From the NCBI GenBank assembly GCA_049599895.1, contig JBMYPC010000033.1:1-25676 (forward strand): a stretch of 25,676 bases of DNA. Reading direction: 5' to 3'. Positions 9,296-18,974 of this stretch are shown here, piece by piece. Position numbers and translations under genes: made by a program. Each line of letters starts with the position of its first letter. The stretch's first letter is position 1. The notes under the pieces were generated by a model that saw nothing but the letters and a program-made list of their open reading frames with translations, ran no database searches and was not told the DNA's origin. Origin of the DNA: Bacteriovoracaceae bacterium (GTDB lineage Bacteria > Bdellovibrionota > Bacteriovoracia > Bacteriovoracales > Bacteriovoracaceae).

Positions 9296-10534
9296 ATGAC
9301 TCGTAAAGTAGCAATTACTGGTATTGGTCTAATCTGTGGATTAGGTCACGATAAAAACTCTGTTTGGAATGGAATAACAGAAGGAAAATCTGGAATCTCT
9401 TTGATTGAAAATCTTCCAACTGAAGACCTAGTGGTTAAGATCGCTGGTGAAGTGAAAAACTATGAACTCGATGAAGATATTTTAAGCGCTAAAGATGCTG
9501 CTCGCTACGATCGCTTCGTAAGCCTCGCTCTTGGAGCAGCTGGTGAAGCTGTTAAAGATTCAAACATCTTAGACTCTGGCATTGACCCCTATAAGTTTGG
9601 TTCAATTCTAGGAGTTGGTATGGGCGGGATTCCTGAAGTCGAAAGATCAGGGCAAGTTTATCTCAATAAGGGGCCAAGAAGAATCTCTCCATTTTTTATC
9701 CCTGCAATCATTCCTAATATGCCACCGGGACTCATGTCGATTCGCTGGGGATTAAAAGGACAAAACTACGCAATCGCGAGTGCTTGTGCTTCAGCTAGCC
9801 ACGCAATTTCTGCCGCTTGTTTTGAAATTATGTCGGGAAGACAAGATGCTGTGATTACAGGTGGAGCCGAAAGTGTCATCTCTCACCTTCCGATTACGGG
9901 TTTTACAAATATGAAGGCCCTCTCAAGAAGAAATGATGAGCCTAGAAAAGCTTCAAGACCTTTTGATATTGGTCGCGATGGTTTTGTTATGGGAGAAGGT
10001 GCCGGTATTTTGGTCCTTGAAGAACTTGAAAGAGCAAAAGCAAGAGGGGCGACGATCTATGCTGAAGTTGTAGGTCATGGTTCAACCTCTGATGCCCATC
10101 ACATCACAGCTCCTCATCCTGAAGGAGAAGGTGCAAGTGCTTGTATGAGAATTGCACTTGAAAGTGCTGGAATTTCTCCAGAGCAAGTTGGTTACATTAA
10201 TGCCCACGGAACATCCACTCCATTAGGAGACATCGCTGAAACTCAGGCAATTAAAAAAACTTTTGGAGACCATGCTCATAACTTAAAAGTAAGCTCATCA
10301 AAAAGTATGACCGGCCACCTCCTTGGTGCAGCAGGTGGAGTTGAAACAATTTTCTGTGCACTTGCTCTTCACAATAAAACTTTGCCACCGACGGCGAACC
10401 TTGAAAACCAAGATGAAAAGTGTGATCTCAACTACATTCCAAACAAAGCGATCAATGAAGAAGTTGAATATGCTCTTAATAATTCCTTTGGTTTTGGAGG
10501 AACAAACTCTTCATTAATTTTAAAAAAGCATTAA
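9296..10534 (+). CDS. fabF: 3-oxoacyl-ACP synthase II
   Basis: SACASA (Cys), [46 protein letters not shown] favours ATG 9296. Confidence 0.96.
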   Translation: MTRKVAITGIGLICGLGHDKNSVWNGITEGKSGISLIENLPTEDLVVKIAGEVKNYELDEDILSAKDAARYDRFVSLALGAAGEAVKDSNILDSGIDPYKFGSILGVGMGGIPEVERSGQVYLNKGPRRISPFFIPAIIPNMPPGLMSIRWGLKGQNYAIASACASASHAISAACFEIMSGRQDAVITGGAESVISHLPITGFTNMKALSRRNDEPRKASRPFDIGRDGFVMGEGAGILVLEELERAKARGATIYAEVVGHGSTSDAHHITAPHPEGEGASACMRIALESAGISPEQVGYINAHGTSTPLGDIAETQAIKKTFGDHAHNLKVSSSKSMTGHLLGAAGGVETIFCALALHNKTLPPTANLENQDEKCDLNYIPNKAINEEVEYALNNSFGFGGTNSSLILKKH

Positions 10535-10556
10535 CCCCAAACAACAAGAGGTCAAC

Positions 10557-11813
10557 ATGAACCAAAACTTCTCTTCCCCATTAAATGAAGTCGACAATGA
10601 AATCGCAAGCCTTGTTAAGGCAGAGCTAAAAAGACAGGTTGAGGGGCTTGAGCTTATCGCCTCTGAAAACTATGCATCCCGTGCAGTTATGCAGGCCCAA
10701 GGTTCAGTACTCACAAATAAATACGCCGAAGGACTGCCAAGAAAAAGATATTATGGTGGATGTGAAGTTGTTGATGATGTTGAAGAGATTGCCATTCAAA
10801 GGTTAACTCAACTCTATAATTGTAAGTACGCAAATGTTCAGCCTCACTCTGGCTCACAAGCCAATATGGCAAGTTACTTTGCTTTGATTGAACCCGGAGA
10901 TACTGTTCTTGGAATGGACCTTTCTCAAGGGGGTCATTTAACTCATGGATCACCCGTTAATTTTTCGGGACGCTTTTATAATATTGTCTCTTATGGACTT
11001 AACGCAGAAACGGAACTTCTTGATTACGATCAAATCCGTGAACTTGCCATTCAAAATAAACCCAAGCTTATTGTCGCCGGAGCATCAGCTTATGCAAGAG
11101 TCATTGATTTTAAAAAATTTAGAGAAATCGCTGATGAAGTTGGTGCTTACTTAATGGTTGATATGGCCCACATCTCAGGTCTTATCGCAGCGGGAGTTCA
11201 CCCATCTCCTTTTCCTCACGCTCATGTCGTCACTTCCACAACACATAAGACATTAAGAGGTCCTCGTGGAGGAATTATTCTTACTGATGATGAAGAGCTT
11301 GCTAAAAAATTAAACTTCAATGTTTTTCCAGGAATTCAAGGTGGACCTTTAGAGCATGTGATTGCGGCAAAAGCGGTTTCATTTAAAGAAGCCTTAACTG
11401 ACGAGTTTAAAACTTATCAAAAACAAGTTGTCGCTAACGCTCAAACTCTTGCAAATGAACTCATGGAAAAAGGAATCAAGATCGTCTCAGGCGGAACGGA
11501 TAACCACCTCATTCTTGTGAACACTCTCCATTCAGGACTCACAGGAAAAGACGCTGAAAAACTTTTAGAAAGTGTTCACCTCACTTGTAATAAAAATATG
11601 ATCCCAGGTGATACAAAGTCTCCATTTGTGACTTCAGGAATTCGTCTTGGAACTCCAGCCATTACAACCAGAGGAATGAAAGAAGAGCAGATGAAGTTAT
11701 TGGCAACTTGGATTCATAGCGCTCTTACAAACCATGAAGATGAATCACATTTAGCAAAGATTAGAAAAGAAGTTCTCGATCTTTGTTCTCAATTTCCGAT
11801 TTATACGTTTTAA
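10557..11813 (+). CDS. glyA: Serine hydroxymethyltransferase
   Basis: [36 protein letters not shown] (PLP Lys), SGIRLGT. Confidence 0.97.
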   Translation: MNQNFSSPLNEVDNEIASLVKAELKRQVEGLELIASENYASRAVMQAQGSVLTNKYAEGLPRKRYYGGCEVVDDVEEIAIQRLTQLYNCKYANVQPHSGSQANMASYFALIEPGDTVLGMDLSQGGHLTHGSPVNFSGRFYNIVSYGLNAETELLDYDQIRELAIQNKPKLIVAGASAYARVIDFKKFREIADEVGAYLMVDMAHISGLIAAGVHPSPFPHAHVVTSTTHKTLRGPRGGIILTDDEELAKKLNFNVFPGIQGGPLEHVIAAKAVSFKEALTDEFKTYQKQVVANAQTLANELMEKGIKIVSGGTDNHLILVNTLHSGLTGKDAEKLLESVHLTCNKNMIPGDTKSPFVTSGIRLGTPAITTRGMKEEQMKLLATWIHSALTNHEDESHLAKIRKEVLDLCSQFPIYTF

Positions 11814-11819
11814 ACAAAG

Positions 11820-11845
11820 GGCATTCTCCTCAAAGAGAGTGCCTT
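11820..11845 (+). terminator. Hairpin after glyA, possible (bidirectional) terminator
   Basis: GGCATTCTC-ctcaaa-GAGAGTGCC stem with one G-U pair; weak U tract. Confidence 0.5.
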
Positions 11846-12175
11846 AAAGATCTTATTGAAGAGCTTTAGTTGGTAGCCACTTATTATCTTGAGGGCTAAC
11901 ATACCGATATTGATCATCAGATACTGAAGCTGTACTTTCAGTCGATTATAGAATTGGCCTCTGTTAAATTTTTGTTAATCATAATGGAGCAAAATCTTTT
12001 TCACGGAAATGAAATCAGATCATAATATTTTGCTCATCTAACCTAACAGCGAGTTACCTCATTCTTACATTTTAACCCGGTAGTTTTTACACCTTTGAGA
12101 CAATTCAAAAGTCATATCGTTACCGAAATCTTATGCCATTAATTCCATTTAATTTATTGAACGCTGGGGGGCTCA

Positions 12176-12608
12176 ATGAAATCTCTATTTCAGCTAATTC
12201 ATTTGCACTAAACCTACAGACAGATATTCTCGACAACCAAGACAATCTTATTTTTAAAGATTCAAGAGGTCCTGGTTACAAAAAGCAAATTGAGAAACAC
12301 CTCAGTGGTAAGCTCACAGGTGAAGACCCTTTTTATAAATCTATTGTAGATGGTCTCAACCATGATGCTTATGAGGATCCAAATTGTAAGCCCAAGAATG
12401 TTACCGAGGTTTATGATATTGACCTAGACTGGGAATGGCCAAGCCCAAATTCTCATATACCGCAATTAAAAAGAAAAGAAGTGCTCGCTCAATTGCCTAC
12501 GCTGTAAGTGTCGAAGTTGATTGTCCTCAAAGTTATGGTACAGACTTTTTTTACAAACATACAAAGCCTGGCGCAGAATCTAGAGTCAAGTATCTAGGTC
12601 ACGATTAA
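12176..12608 (+). pseudogene. Probable frameshifted gene for a secreted hypothetical protein
   Basis: A G-run RBS and ATG 12176 give MKSLF. A second frame gives SANSFA-LNLQTDILD...DIDLDWE. A third frame gives AKPKFSYTA...VKYLGHD* ending at 12608, 1 bp from the convergent gene. Confidence 0.55.
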
Positions 12609-12609
12609 G

Positions 12610-12912
12610 TCATTTCGACAACGATAATTTTAAAATGACATAGGGTTGAACAATTAAAAACTGCCCTATGTCTTTTTGTTTTTCGGCTTCCCAAGTTTTG
12701 ATCTCAGCTTCAGTGGGCCTTCGAAGTTTTTGACTTGAAATCCAAGGCTCAACAACTTCAACCTGATCCTCAGCAATGGCAACCGCAACATCGACGAGAT
12801 CTAATTCAGGTGCAATAACAAATAAGGCCCCTCTTTCATTGTGCTTTTCAAGAAGCAACCAATTACATTCAAGCAATTGTTCTTTTAATTCGTCTTTAAG
12901 AGTTTTTTCCAT
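12610..12912 (-). CDS. DUF2288-like family protein
   Basis: W..LEKHNERGALFVIAPELDLVDVAVAIAED...W and FLIVQPYVIL pattern. Confidence 0.8.
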   Translation of the reverse strand: MEKTLKDELKEQLLECNWLLLEKHNERGALFVIAPELDLVDVAVAIAEDQVEVVEPWISSQKLRRPTEAEIKTWEAEKQKDIGQFLIVQPYVILKLSLSK

Positions 12913-12925
12913 AATTCACCTGCGC

Positions 12926-12970
12926 CAACATAAATGTTTCTTAGAACCGTAGATAACAACATATATGTTG
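12926..12970. promoter_or_regulatory. Tandem palindromic sites, candidate enhancer (UAS) for a sigma54 activator
   Basis: CAACATAAATGTTT (12926-12939) and the perfect palindrome CAACATATATGTTG (12957-12970), with starts 31 bp apart. Confidence 0.55.
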
Positions 12971-13010
12971 CCTAATTTAGTTTCACAACAGCTTTTAGGC
13001 CATGAAAATT

Positions 13011-13026
13011 TGGCAAAGATATTGCT
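13011..13026 (+). promoter_or_regulatory. Sigma54 (-24/-12) promoter of astB
   Basis: TGGCAA-AGATA-TTGCT matches TGGCAC-N5-TTGCW with exact GG-N10-GC spacing, 40 nt before ATG 13067. Confidence 0.75.
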
Positions 13027-13066
13027 TATCAAAGCTTATAAAAAATCTTTCCCAAAGGGTGCTACG

Positions 13067-14464
13067 ATGCAACATTCTCAGAACAGCTTTGAAGTGAACT
13101 TCGATGGACTAGTTGGCCAAAATCACAACTATGCAGGCCTCTCTCATGGAAATGTCGCCTCAATGAAGCATTCAAAAGAAGTCTCTAGTCCGAAAAAAGC
13201 GGCTCTTCAAGGCCTGATGAAAATGAAGGCCTTGTCAGATATGGGTATAAGACAAGCCGTTCTTCCACCCCATTTTAGACCTCATCTTAAGATGCTGCAA
13301 AAGCTTGGTTACAAAGGGAGCCCCGAGAATTTCATCCCTCGAGTTGCTTTAGAAAACCCCTCTCTTCTTTTAAGCTGTTATTCTTCATCGGCCATGTGGA
13401 CGGCCAATGCTGCTACAGTTTCTCCCAGTGCTAATACAAAAGATCGTAAAGTTCATTTCACTCCCGCTAATTTAGTTTCTAAACTTCACAGATCAATTGA
13501 AACTCAATTTACTGCAAAAGTTCTAAAGTCTATTTTTAAAAACCCAAAACATTTTAGGCATCATGCCCCTTTACCTCATATGAATGAGTTTGGTGATGAA
13601 GGAGCCGCAAACCACACGAGACTTTGTTCAGATTTCGGACAAAAAGGTATTGAGTTCTTTGTTTATGGAAAGTCAGATAAAGCTTTGAACCTTCCTGAAA
13701 AATACCCAGCAAGACAGGATTTGAAGGCCTCAAAACTTGTTTCAGAACTTCACCTTCTTAAACATGAAAATCTCGTCTTTGCTCAGCAAAACCCAGACTG
13801 CATTGATGCAGGAGTTTTTCACAATGATGTGATTTGCGTAGGTCACAAAGATCGCATCCTCGTTCATGAAAGAGCCTATATCAATACAGAAAAAACACTC
13901 AAAGAGCTTAAAAAGAAATTTAAAAATATCACCAATCAAGAGCTTAAAGTGATTCTCGTCAAAGATAAAGATGTCACTCTCAAAGACGCAGTTGATACTT
14001 ATCTTTTCAACTCTCAAATCGTAACTAACGACTTGGGGGAAACCGGTATTATCGCTCCTCTTGAATGTCTTCACAACACGAGGGTCAATGAGTTTTTAAA
14101 TCGTCTTGTTAATAAAAAAGAACTTATCCAGTTCGTAAGCTTTTTTGACGTTAAAGAGAGCATGAAAAATGGTGGTGGCCCAGCCTGCTTGCGGCTTAGG
14201 GTTGAGCTCACAGCTGAAGAGCTCCAATCCGTTCATCCAGGAGTTATTCTCACCGAGAAGAAGTATAACGATCTCATAAAATGGGTTAAGAGTTATTACA
14301 GAGAAGAGCTCCACCCCAGAGACTTACTTGACCCAAGACTTGCTTATGAAATTCGAGATGCTCTTTTAGAACTTGAAAACATTCTTGAACTTCCAGGGCT
14401 TTACGACGATGAAATGAATGGCTTAGAAAGCTATGACGCCCCGCACACATTCATGACTCTGTAA
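13067..14464 (+). CDS. astB: N-succinylarginine dihydrolase
   Basis: EVNFDGLVG..HNYAGLS.GNVAS, SAMWTANAATVSPS, FGDEGAANH, IDAGVFHNDVI, YLFNSQ, SMKNGGGPACLRLRV. The family N-terminus starts at Met35 of the track ORF. Confidence 0.95.
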   Translation: MQHSQNSFEVNFDGLVGQNHNYAGLSHGNVASMKHSKEVSSPKKAALQGLMKMKALSDMGIRQAVLPPHFRPHLKMLQKLGYKGSPENFIPRVALENPSLLLSCYSSSAMWTANAATVSPSANTKDRKVHFTPANLVSKLHRSIETQFTAKVLKSIFKNPKHFRHHAPLPHMNEFGDEGAANHTRLCSDFGQKGIEFFVYGKSDKALNLPEKYPARQDLKASKLVSELHLLKHENLVFAQQNPDCIDAGVFHNDVICVGHKDRILVHERAYINTEKTLKELKKKFKNITNQELKVILVKDKDVTLKDAVDTYLFNSQIVTNDLGETGIIAPLECLHNTRVNEFLNRLVNKKELIQFVSFFDVKESMKNGGGPACLRLRVELTAEELQSVHPGVILTEKKYNDLIKWVKSYYREELHPRDLLDPRLAYEIRDALLELENILELPGLYDDEMNGLESYDAPHTFMTL

Positions 14465-14530
14465 GAAAGTACTTTTAAGTTGCCCAGGTCATAGAGTTGA
14501 GGATATAAACTACTTGGGGTATCAAGAATA

Positions 14531-15013
14531 ATGCAATGTCCAATATGCCATCATCAAGAGACTAAAGTCATCGACTCTAGACTTCTTCAAGAAGGGACTT
14601 CGATTCGTCGAAGAAGGCGCTGCCTTGATTGTGACCATCGTTTTACAACCTACGAAAAAATCATGATGCAAATGCCTATGATCGTGAAAAACGATGGCCG
14701 AAGAGAAGATTACTCTCGAGATAAGCTTCTCTCTGGTATCAATAAAGCCTGTCAAAAAAGACCAGTGGCCATGCACCAGATTGAACAGCTTGCCGAAACC
14801 ATAGAAAAAAAGCTCGTCGAGCAATCCCAATCTGAAATTGATTCACAAATTCTTGGTGAAATTGCCATGAAACATCTCCATGACCTCGACCCTGTGGCCT
14901 TCGTTAGGTTTGCCTCTTTTTACTGGGATTTCAAAGACATCAAAGGCTTTATCAAGGGTCTCAAGAAAAATGTTGATAGCTTTAAGATAGATCTCCCCGA
15001 GCAAATGATGTAA
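14531..15013 (+). CDS. nrdR: Transcriptional repressor NrdR
   Basis: MQCPIC..TKVIDSR..IRRRRRCLDC..RFTTYE zinc ribbon plus ATP cone (VKNDGRRE, VAFVRFAS). Confidence 0.96.
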   Translation: MQCPICHHQETKVIDSRLLQEGTSIRRRRRCLDCDHRFTTYEKIMMQMPMIVKNDGRREDYSRDKLLSGINKACQKRPVAMHQIEQLAETIEKKLVEQSQSEIDSQILGEIAMKHLHDLDPVAFVRFASFYWDFKDIKGFIKGLKKNVDSFKIDLPEQMM

Positions 15014-15038
15014 AATCATTAAGTTATCGAGGAAACAA

Positions 15039-15530
15039 ATGAGTGAAGTCAGCAAATCTACATTAATTCGTGAATACAGTTTTAAATTTCTTTATCACAT
15101 AAACCTTGCACTCTTTGCTGCTCTTGAAAGTAGTCAAGCTGATGAGAAAATACAAAATATCATCGACTCCTTCGATGCGACTCTCGAAGAGTTTGATAAC
15201 TCATACAGCAAAAGCGACTCTGAACATACAGACAACACCCTTGATTTGGGCCAAAAGCAAAAAGCTCGTGATCTCATTCTTGGTGTCTTAAACAACTTTT
15301 CTTCAAATGTTGATATTGTTGCAAAACTCCTTACAAAAACCACAGTCTCTAAAGTTGAAAAGATTGATCTTTGCTGCCTACTCGTTGCGATTCATGAAAT
15401 TAATAACCTAAGTACTCCAAAAAAAGTGGCCCTGAACGAAGCCATTCTTATCGCAAAAAAATATGGTGGATCTTCATCACCGAAATTCGTAAACGGTATT
15501 CTTGATAAGGTAATCAATGAGGGCAATTGA
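15039..15530 (+). CDS. nusB: Transcription antitermination factor NusB
   Basis: C-terminal PKKVALNEAILIAKKYGGSSSPKFVNGILDK; follows nrdR. Confidence 0.85.
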   Translation: MSEVSKSTLIREYSFKFLYHINLALFAALESSQADEKIQNIIDSFDATLEEFDNSYSKSDSEHTDNTLDLGQKQKARDLILGVLNNFSSNVDIVAKLLTKTTVSKVEKIDLCCLLVAIHEINNLSTPKKVALNEAILIAKKYGGSSSPKFVNGILDKVINEGN

Positions 15531-15921
15531 AAACGCTCTAACGATCTCAAGAAATGTTGTTGGTATTGTTTGGGTTTGTTATGAAGACCTTAAAAACAAA
15601 CCTGGACCTTATTATGACCTCAATGTTCTTTTTGACGGACAGATAGATAAACTGTTTTCAAAAAAGACCCAACCTAAAGACCATTCAAATTATTTTTTTA
15701 TTGGAGAGAGCTTTGGTCATGAACTTCATTTGTTCTATATCAATGCAACTCAAACTAAGGTTTCAAAAGAACTTCAAAACATAAAGGGTCTTCTTAAGAA
15801 CCAACTTATTTCATCTGAAAGACCAGAAGTTCTCATCATCGACGATAAAAACCTTATTGATGTGAAAGACCTAACTTTTAAAGATATTCAAGTTAATTTT
15901 TCGATCCTAAAAAATCATTAG
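15517..15921 (+). CDS. Hypothetical protein
   Basis: 134-aa ORF overlapping the nusB stop, with an AAGGT RBS; no recognised motif. Confidence 0.7.
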   Translation: MRAIENALTISRNVVGIVWVCYEDLKNKPGPYYDLNVLFDGQIDKLFSKKTQPKDHSNYFFIGESFGHELHLFYINATQTKVSKELQNIKGLLKNQLISSERPEVLIIDDKNLIDVKDLTFKDIQVNFSILKNH

Positions 15922-15923
15922 GA

Positions 15924-16736
15924 TTAAACTCTAGCAACAACATAAGTCACCCATGAAGGGCAATTCTCTTCTTTTTTCGACTTATAGAAGACTCCGTTTC
16001 CATCACCGTCATCTCCATCTTCTTCCCAATAGGTATTAACATCTTTGAAACCCGCCTCTTCTAAAAGCTCGACGAGTTCTTGAGGGGACCACATACGCCA
16101 ATCATAAGTAAAGGCCCTCTCGTATTTGATGTTCTTCTTATTGTCTTTAAAGTGAATGTAATAAAGACATTCACTAGTTAAAGGATTGTAGGAATCACAG
16201 TCCCAAAAATAAGAAAACTTTCCATGATCCGTTTCTTCTACAGTTCGCTCCATCGAATCATAACCGCCGAAGATATCAAGAAAAAACATTCCCTCTTTCT
16301 TAAGACCTTTTTTCACTTTTTTGAAGTATTTAAGAAGAGTCTTTCTTTCTTTAAAAATAAAATAGGAAAAGTTAAAGGCAACAGCCACATCAACTTTAAA
16401 GTCCCTCTCTTCGAGCACATTTCCAAGAACGTACTTCATTCGCTTTTGAGAGTTTTTATTAAGCTTTGTATAGTGATTCTTTTTGCCGTATTCAATTGGT
16501 TCAGGGTCAAGGTCAACAGCGTAAGCGAAATGCTTTGAGCTTTGTGTAACCCACATATTTGACATCATTCCCGTACCACCAAAATCTTCTCTAACAGTAA
16601 GGGGCTTACGATTATTCATTTTCTTAAATTCTTGGTTGATAAAATCAATATCGCATTCAGGATTTTGAACAGAACTTTCATAAAGTTCGTACTTGTCTTC
16701 AAATGATAGTTTGCCTTTTTTCATACCTTTTCCCAT
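15924..16736 (-). CDS. Class I SAM-dependent methyltransferase-like protein
   Basis: LYESSVQNP, VREDFGGTG motif I, AVDLDPEP, AFNFSY, FFLDIFGG, AFTYDWRMW. Confidence 0.8.
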   Translation of the reverse strand: MGKGMKKGKLSFEDKYELYESSVQNPECDIDFINQEFKKMNNRKPLTVREDFGGTGMMSNMWVTQSSKHFAYAVDLDPEPIEYGKKNHYTKLNKNSQKRMKYVLGNVLEERDFKVDVAVAFNFSYFIFKERKTLLKYFKKVKKGLKKEGMFFLDIFGGYDSMERTVEETDHGKFSYFWDCDSYNPLTSECLYYIHFKDNKKNIKYERAFTYDWRMWSPQELVELLEEAGFKDVNTYWEEDGDDGDGNGVFYKSKKEENCPSWVTYVVARV

Positions 16737-16743
16737 TGCGATT

Positions 16744-17142
16744 CTAATATTCTTCGTAAGACTTTACTTCCTTAATAGAAGAACCATAAGTTTGATTGAT
16801 CTTATTTTTAACCTCAAAACGTTGATCATTCGTAATGTAAACGCTTCTTGCTAGTTCAATAAAAACCGAATCGAACTCTTTTGCGCGCTCTTTCTCTCGA
16901 ATCTGATCTTCAATGTCCCAAAGCTTGCGGTTTACCTGTTCTAGATCCTCTATGAAACCATCCACATTGCTTAATTGTAAAGTTTTGATTTCATTCAAAA
17001 GAAGGTCTTTTTCCTTGATCGCTTCTTGGCGTTTTCCCTCATCAGCGATCTTATCTGATTTAATTCTTAAGATCGTATACTTATCAATAAGCTCTCCTAG
17101 AGAAACAGGAACCTTTACTAAACCTTCATTTAATTTCGACAT
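16744..17142 (-). CDS. DUF6165-like family protein
   Basis: VPVSLGELIDKYTILRIK, VNRKLWDIEDQIR, FIELARSVYITND, IKEVKSY. Confidence 0.8.
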   Translation of the reverse strand: MSKLNEGLVKVPVSLGELIDKYTILRIKSDKIADEGKRQEAIKEKDLLLNEIKTLQLSNVDGFIEDLEQVNRKLWDIEDQIREKERAKEFDSVFIELARSVYITNDQRFEVKNKINQTYGSSIKEVKSYEEY

Positions 17143-17602
17143 ATTCTATTCCTTTTATTTCAAGTTCGATAATACCTTTTGGTGCCTTAACCTCAGTGAC
17201 ATCTCCCACTTTCTTTCCCATTAAGGCCTTCCCAATTGGAGATAAAAAGCTTACGGTTCCATTTTTAAGATCAATTTCATCTGGTCCCAAGACTTTATAG
17301 ACTTTCTCTTCACCTTCTTCATTCTCGGTGCGAACGGTTGCCCCAAATTGCACAAAATCACTTCTCACATCTTTTGGGTCAACGATCTCAATATCCTTTA
17401 ATCTTTTTCCTAAAAAACGAAGTCGACTATCAATCTCCCTGAGCCTTTTCTTTCCATATTGATAATCGGCATTTTCACTTCGATCACCATTGGATGCCGC
17501 CCAAGCAATGACATCACAGATTTTTGGTCTCTCAACTGTTAAAAGCTCGTCGTACTCATCTTTTAGTTTTTTATAACCTTTGGGAGTGAGATAATTTTTC
17601 AT
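17126..17602 (-). CDS. greB: Transcription elongation factor GreB
   Basis: NYLTPKG, WAASNGDRSENADYQYGKKRLREID, FGATV, SPIGKALMG. Confidence 0.93.
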   Translation of the reverse strand: MKNYLTPKGYKKLKDEYDELLTVERPKICDVIAWAASNGDRSENADYQYGKKRLREIDSRLRFLGKRLKDIEIVDPKDVRSDFVQFGATVRTENEEGEEKVYKVLGPDEIDLKNGTVSFLSPIGKALMGKKVGDVTEVKAPKGIIELEIKGIEYVEIK

Positions 17603-17607
17603 CGCTT

Positions 17608-18084
17608 TTAACTTAACTCTTTTTTTATGACTTCAAGTAGTCCTTCTGAAGCGTCTTCGACGATATCAAGAACTTTCTCAAACCCCTCAGCTCCTCCATA
17701 ATAAGGATCGGGAACATAGTTATATGTGGTTTGTTTTGAAAAATCAGTCATCATAAAAACTTTATTTTCATAATCTTGATGAGTATCGAGTGAAAGAATA
17801 TCTCTTTTATTGGACTCGTCCATCACCACAAGATAATCAAAGTTCTCAAAGTCTCTTCGAGGATCAAACTGTCTTGAACGAGAGGTTAATTCATAACCTC
17901 TTTTTTGAGCATGTTTTCTCATTCTCGGATCTGCAAGATCCCCGACATGATGACCAGAAGTTCCAGCGCTATCAATTCCAATTTCTTTTTGAAGCCCTTC
18001 TCTTTCAACATAACTTTGAAAAACACCTTCAGCAGTAGGTGAACGACAGATGTTACCAAGGCAGATAAATAGAACTTTTTTCAA
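17608..18084 (-). CDS. Low molecular weight protein-tyrosine phosphatase
   Basis: VLFICLGNICRSPTAE P-loop, DSAGT, VPDPYYGG; likely TTG start at 18084 with AAGGA RBS. Confidence 0.92.
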   Translation of the reverse strand: MKKVLFICLGNICRSPTAEGVFQSYVEREGLQKEIGIDSAGTSGHHVGDLADPRMRKHAQKRGYELTSRSRQFDPRRDFENFDYLVVMDESNKRDILSLDTHQDYENKVFMMTDFSKQTTYNYVPDPYYGGAEGFEKVLDIVEDASEGLLEVIKKELS

Positions 18085-18168
18085 CCTGAAATCCTTAGAA
18101 ATGATAAAATGAGAAAGGAAAAGTTTAGCATCTTTCACAACTTGTTGAAAACTTATCTGGGAGTCATC

Positions 18169-18747
18169 ATGGCGTTAAAAGAACTCTGTATTTTAGGTAA
18201 TCCCGTTCTTAGAAAAACAGCGAAAGTCCTCACAGACAAAGAAATACTAAGCCAAGAAATCAAAGATTTACGTGAAGATCTCTTCGATACAATGACTGAA
18301 AGCCAGGGGATTGGAATTGCTGCTCCGCAAATAGGAATTTCAAAACAGCTGGCCCTTATTTATATTGCTGAAGGGAACTCCCGTTACAATATTGAAAGCT
18401 CACAGCCACTTCTGACTATTTTCAATCCCGTGATTACCGTTGTCGATGAATCCCCTCAATACTTTTGGGAAGGTTGTCTTTCGGTGCCAGGGATTCGAGG
18501 TTACGTGCAAAGACCAAAGAAAATCAAACTCACCTACCTTGATGAGTTTGCCAAAGCTCGGGAACTCATCGCCGAGGATTTTCTCTCCACAGTGATTCAA
18601 CACGAGCTGGATCATTTATTTGGAACTCTTTTTGTAGATCGAGTAAAAGATACTAAGAATTTAATGTTTTTCTCTGAATACGAAAAATACTATTTAGCTT
18701 CAGAAGGATCACAACCTTCTTCACCAGCGGAAAACGAAAACGCTTGA
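18169..18747 (+). CDS. def: Peptide deformylase
   Basis: GIGIAAPQIG, EGCLS, QHELDHL; GGAG RBS before ATG 18169. Confidence 0.95.
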   Translation: MALKELCILGNPVLRKTAKVLTDKEILSQEIKDLREDLFDTMTESQGIGIAAPQIGISKQLALIYIAEGNSRYNIESSQPLLTIFNPVITVVDESPQYFWEGCLSVPGIRGYVQRPKKIKLTYLDEFAKARELIAEDFLSTVIQHELDHLFGTLFVDRVKDTKNLMFFSEYEKYYLASEGSQPSSPAENENA

Positions 18748-18974
18748 TCGGACTTTTTACTTTTTTCCACTTTCTTTTGAATTTCTTTTTCAATGTCTTC
18801 CACTGTTTTAGTGTCACAAGATTCATCATCTTTTTTCTTAAAATCAGAAAAGTCATCTTCTTTGTTCATTGACTGAGATGAAGCTGTGTTTGAAGAGGCC
18901 ATTGCATCTTTTGCAGCTGTTGTCTCTTCTTGAGTACAAGCTAATAACAAAAATAAAATCATGAGATATTTCAT
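18690..18974 (-). CDS. Small hypothetical lipoprotein
   Basis: MKYLMILFLLLAC signal peptide with lipobox Cys; 4-bp ATGA overlap with the upstream SDR. Confidence 0.7.
   Translation of the reverse strand: MKYLMILFLLLACTQEETTAAKDAMASSNTASSQSMNKEDDFSDFKKKDDESCDTKTVEDIEKEIQKKVEKSKKSDQAFSFSAGEEGCDPSEAK

Noticed and set aside
11853..11982. Minus-strand peptide fragments (MINKNLTEANSIID* and TESTASVSDDQYRYVSPQDNKWLPTKALQ*) as a gene remnant
   Set aside because: Too short and without recognisable homology to support a call.
12965..13066. 34-aa N-terminal extension of AstB in the ORF track
   Set aside because: It overlaps the sigma54 promoter and palindrome; the family N-terminus begins at ATG 13067.
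14480..14509. TTGCCC-N18-TATAAA as the nrdR promoter
   Set aside because: Plausible, but too weak a match in AT-rich DNA to list.
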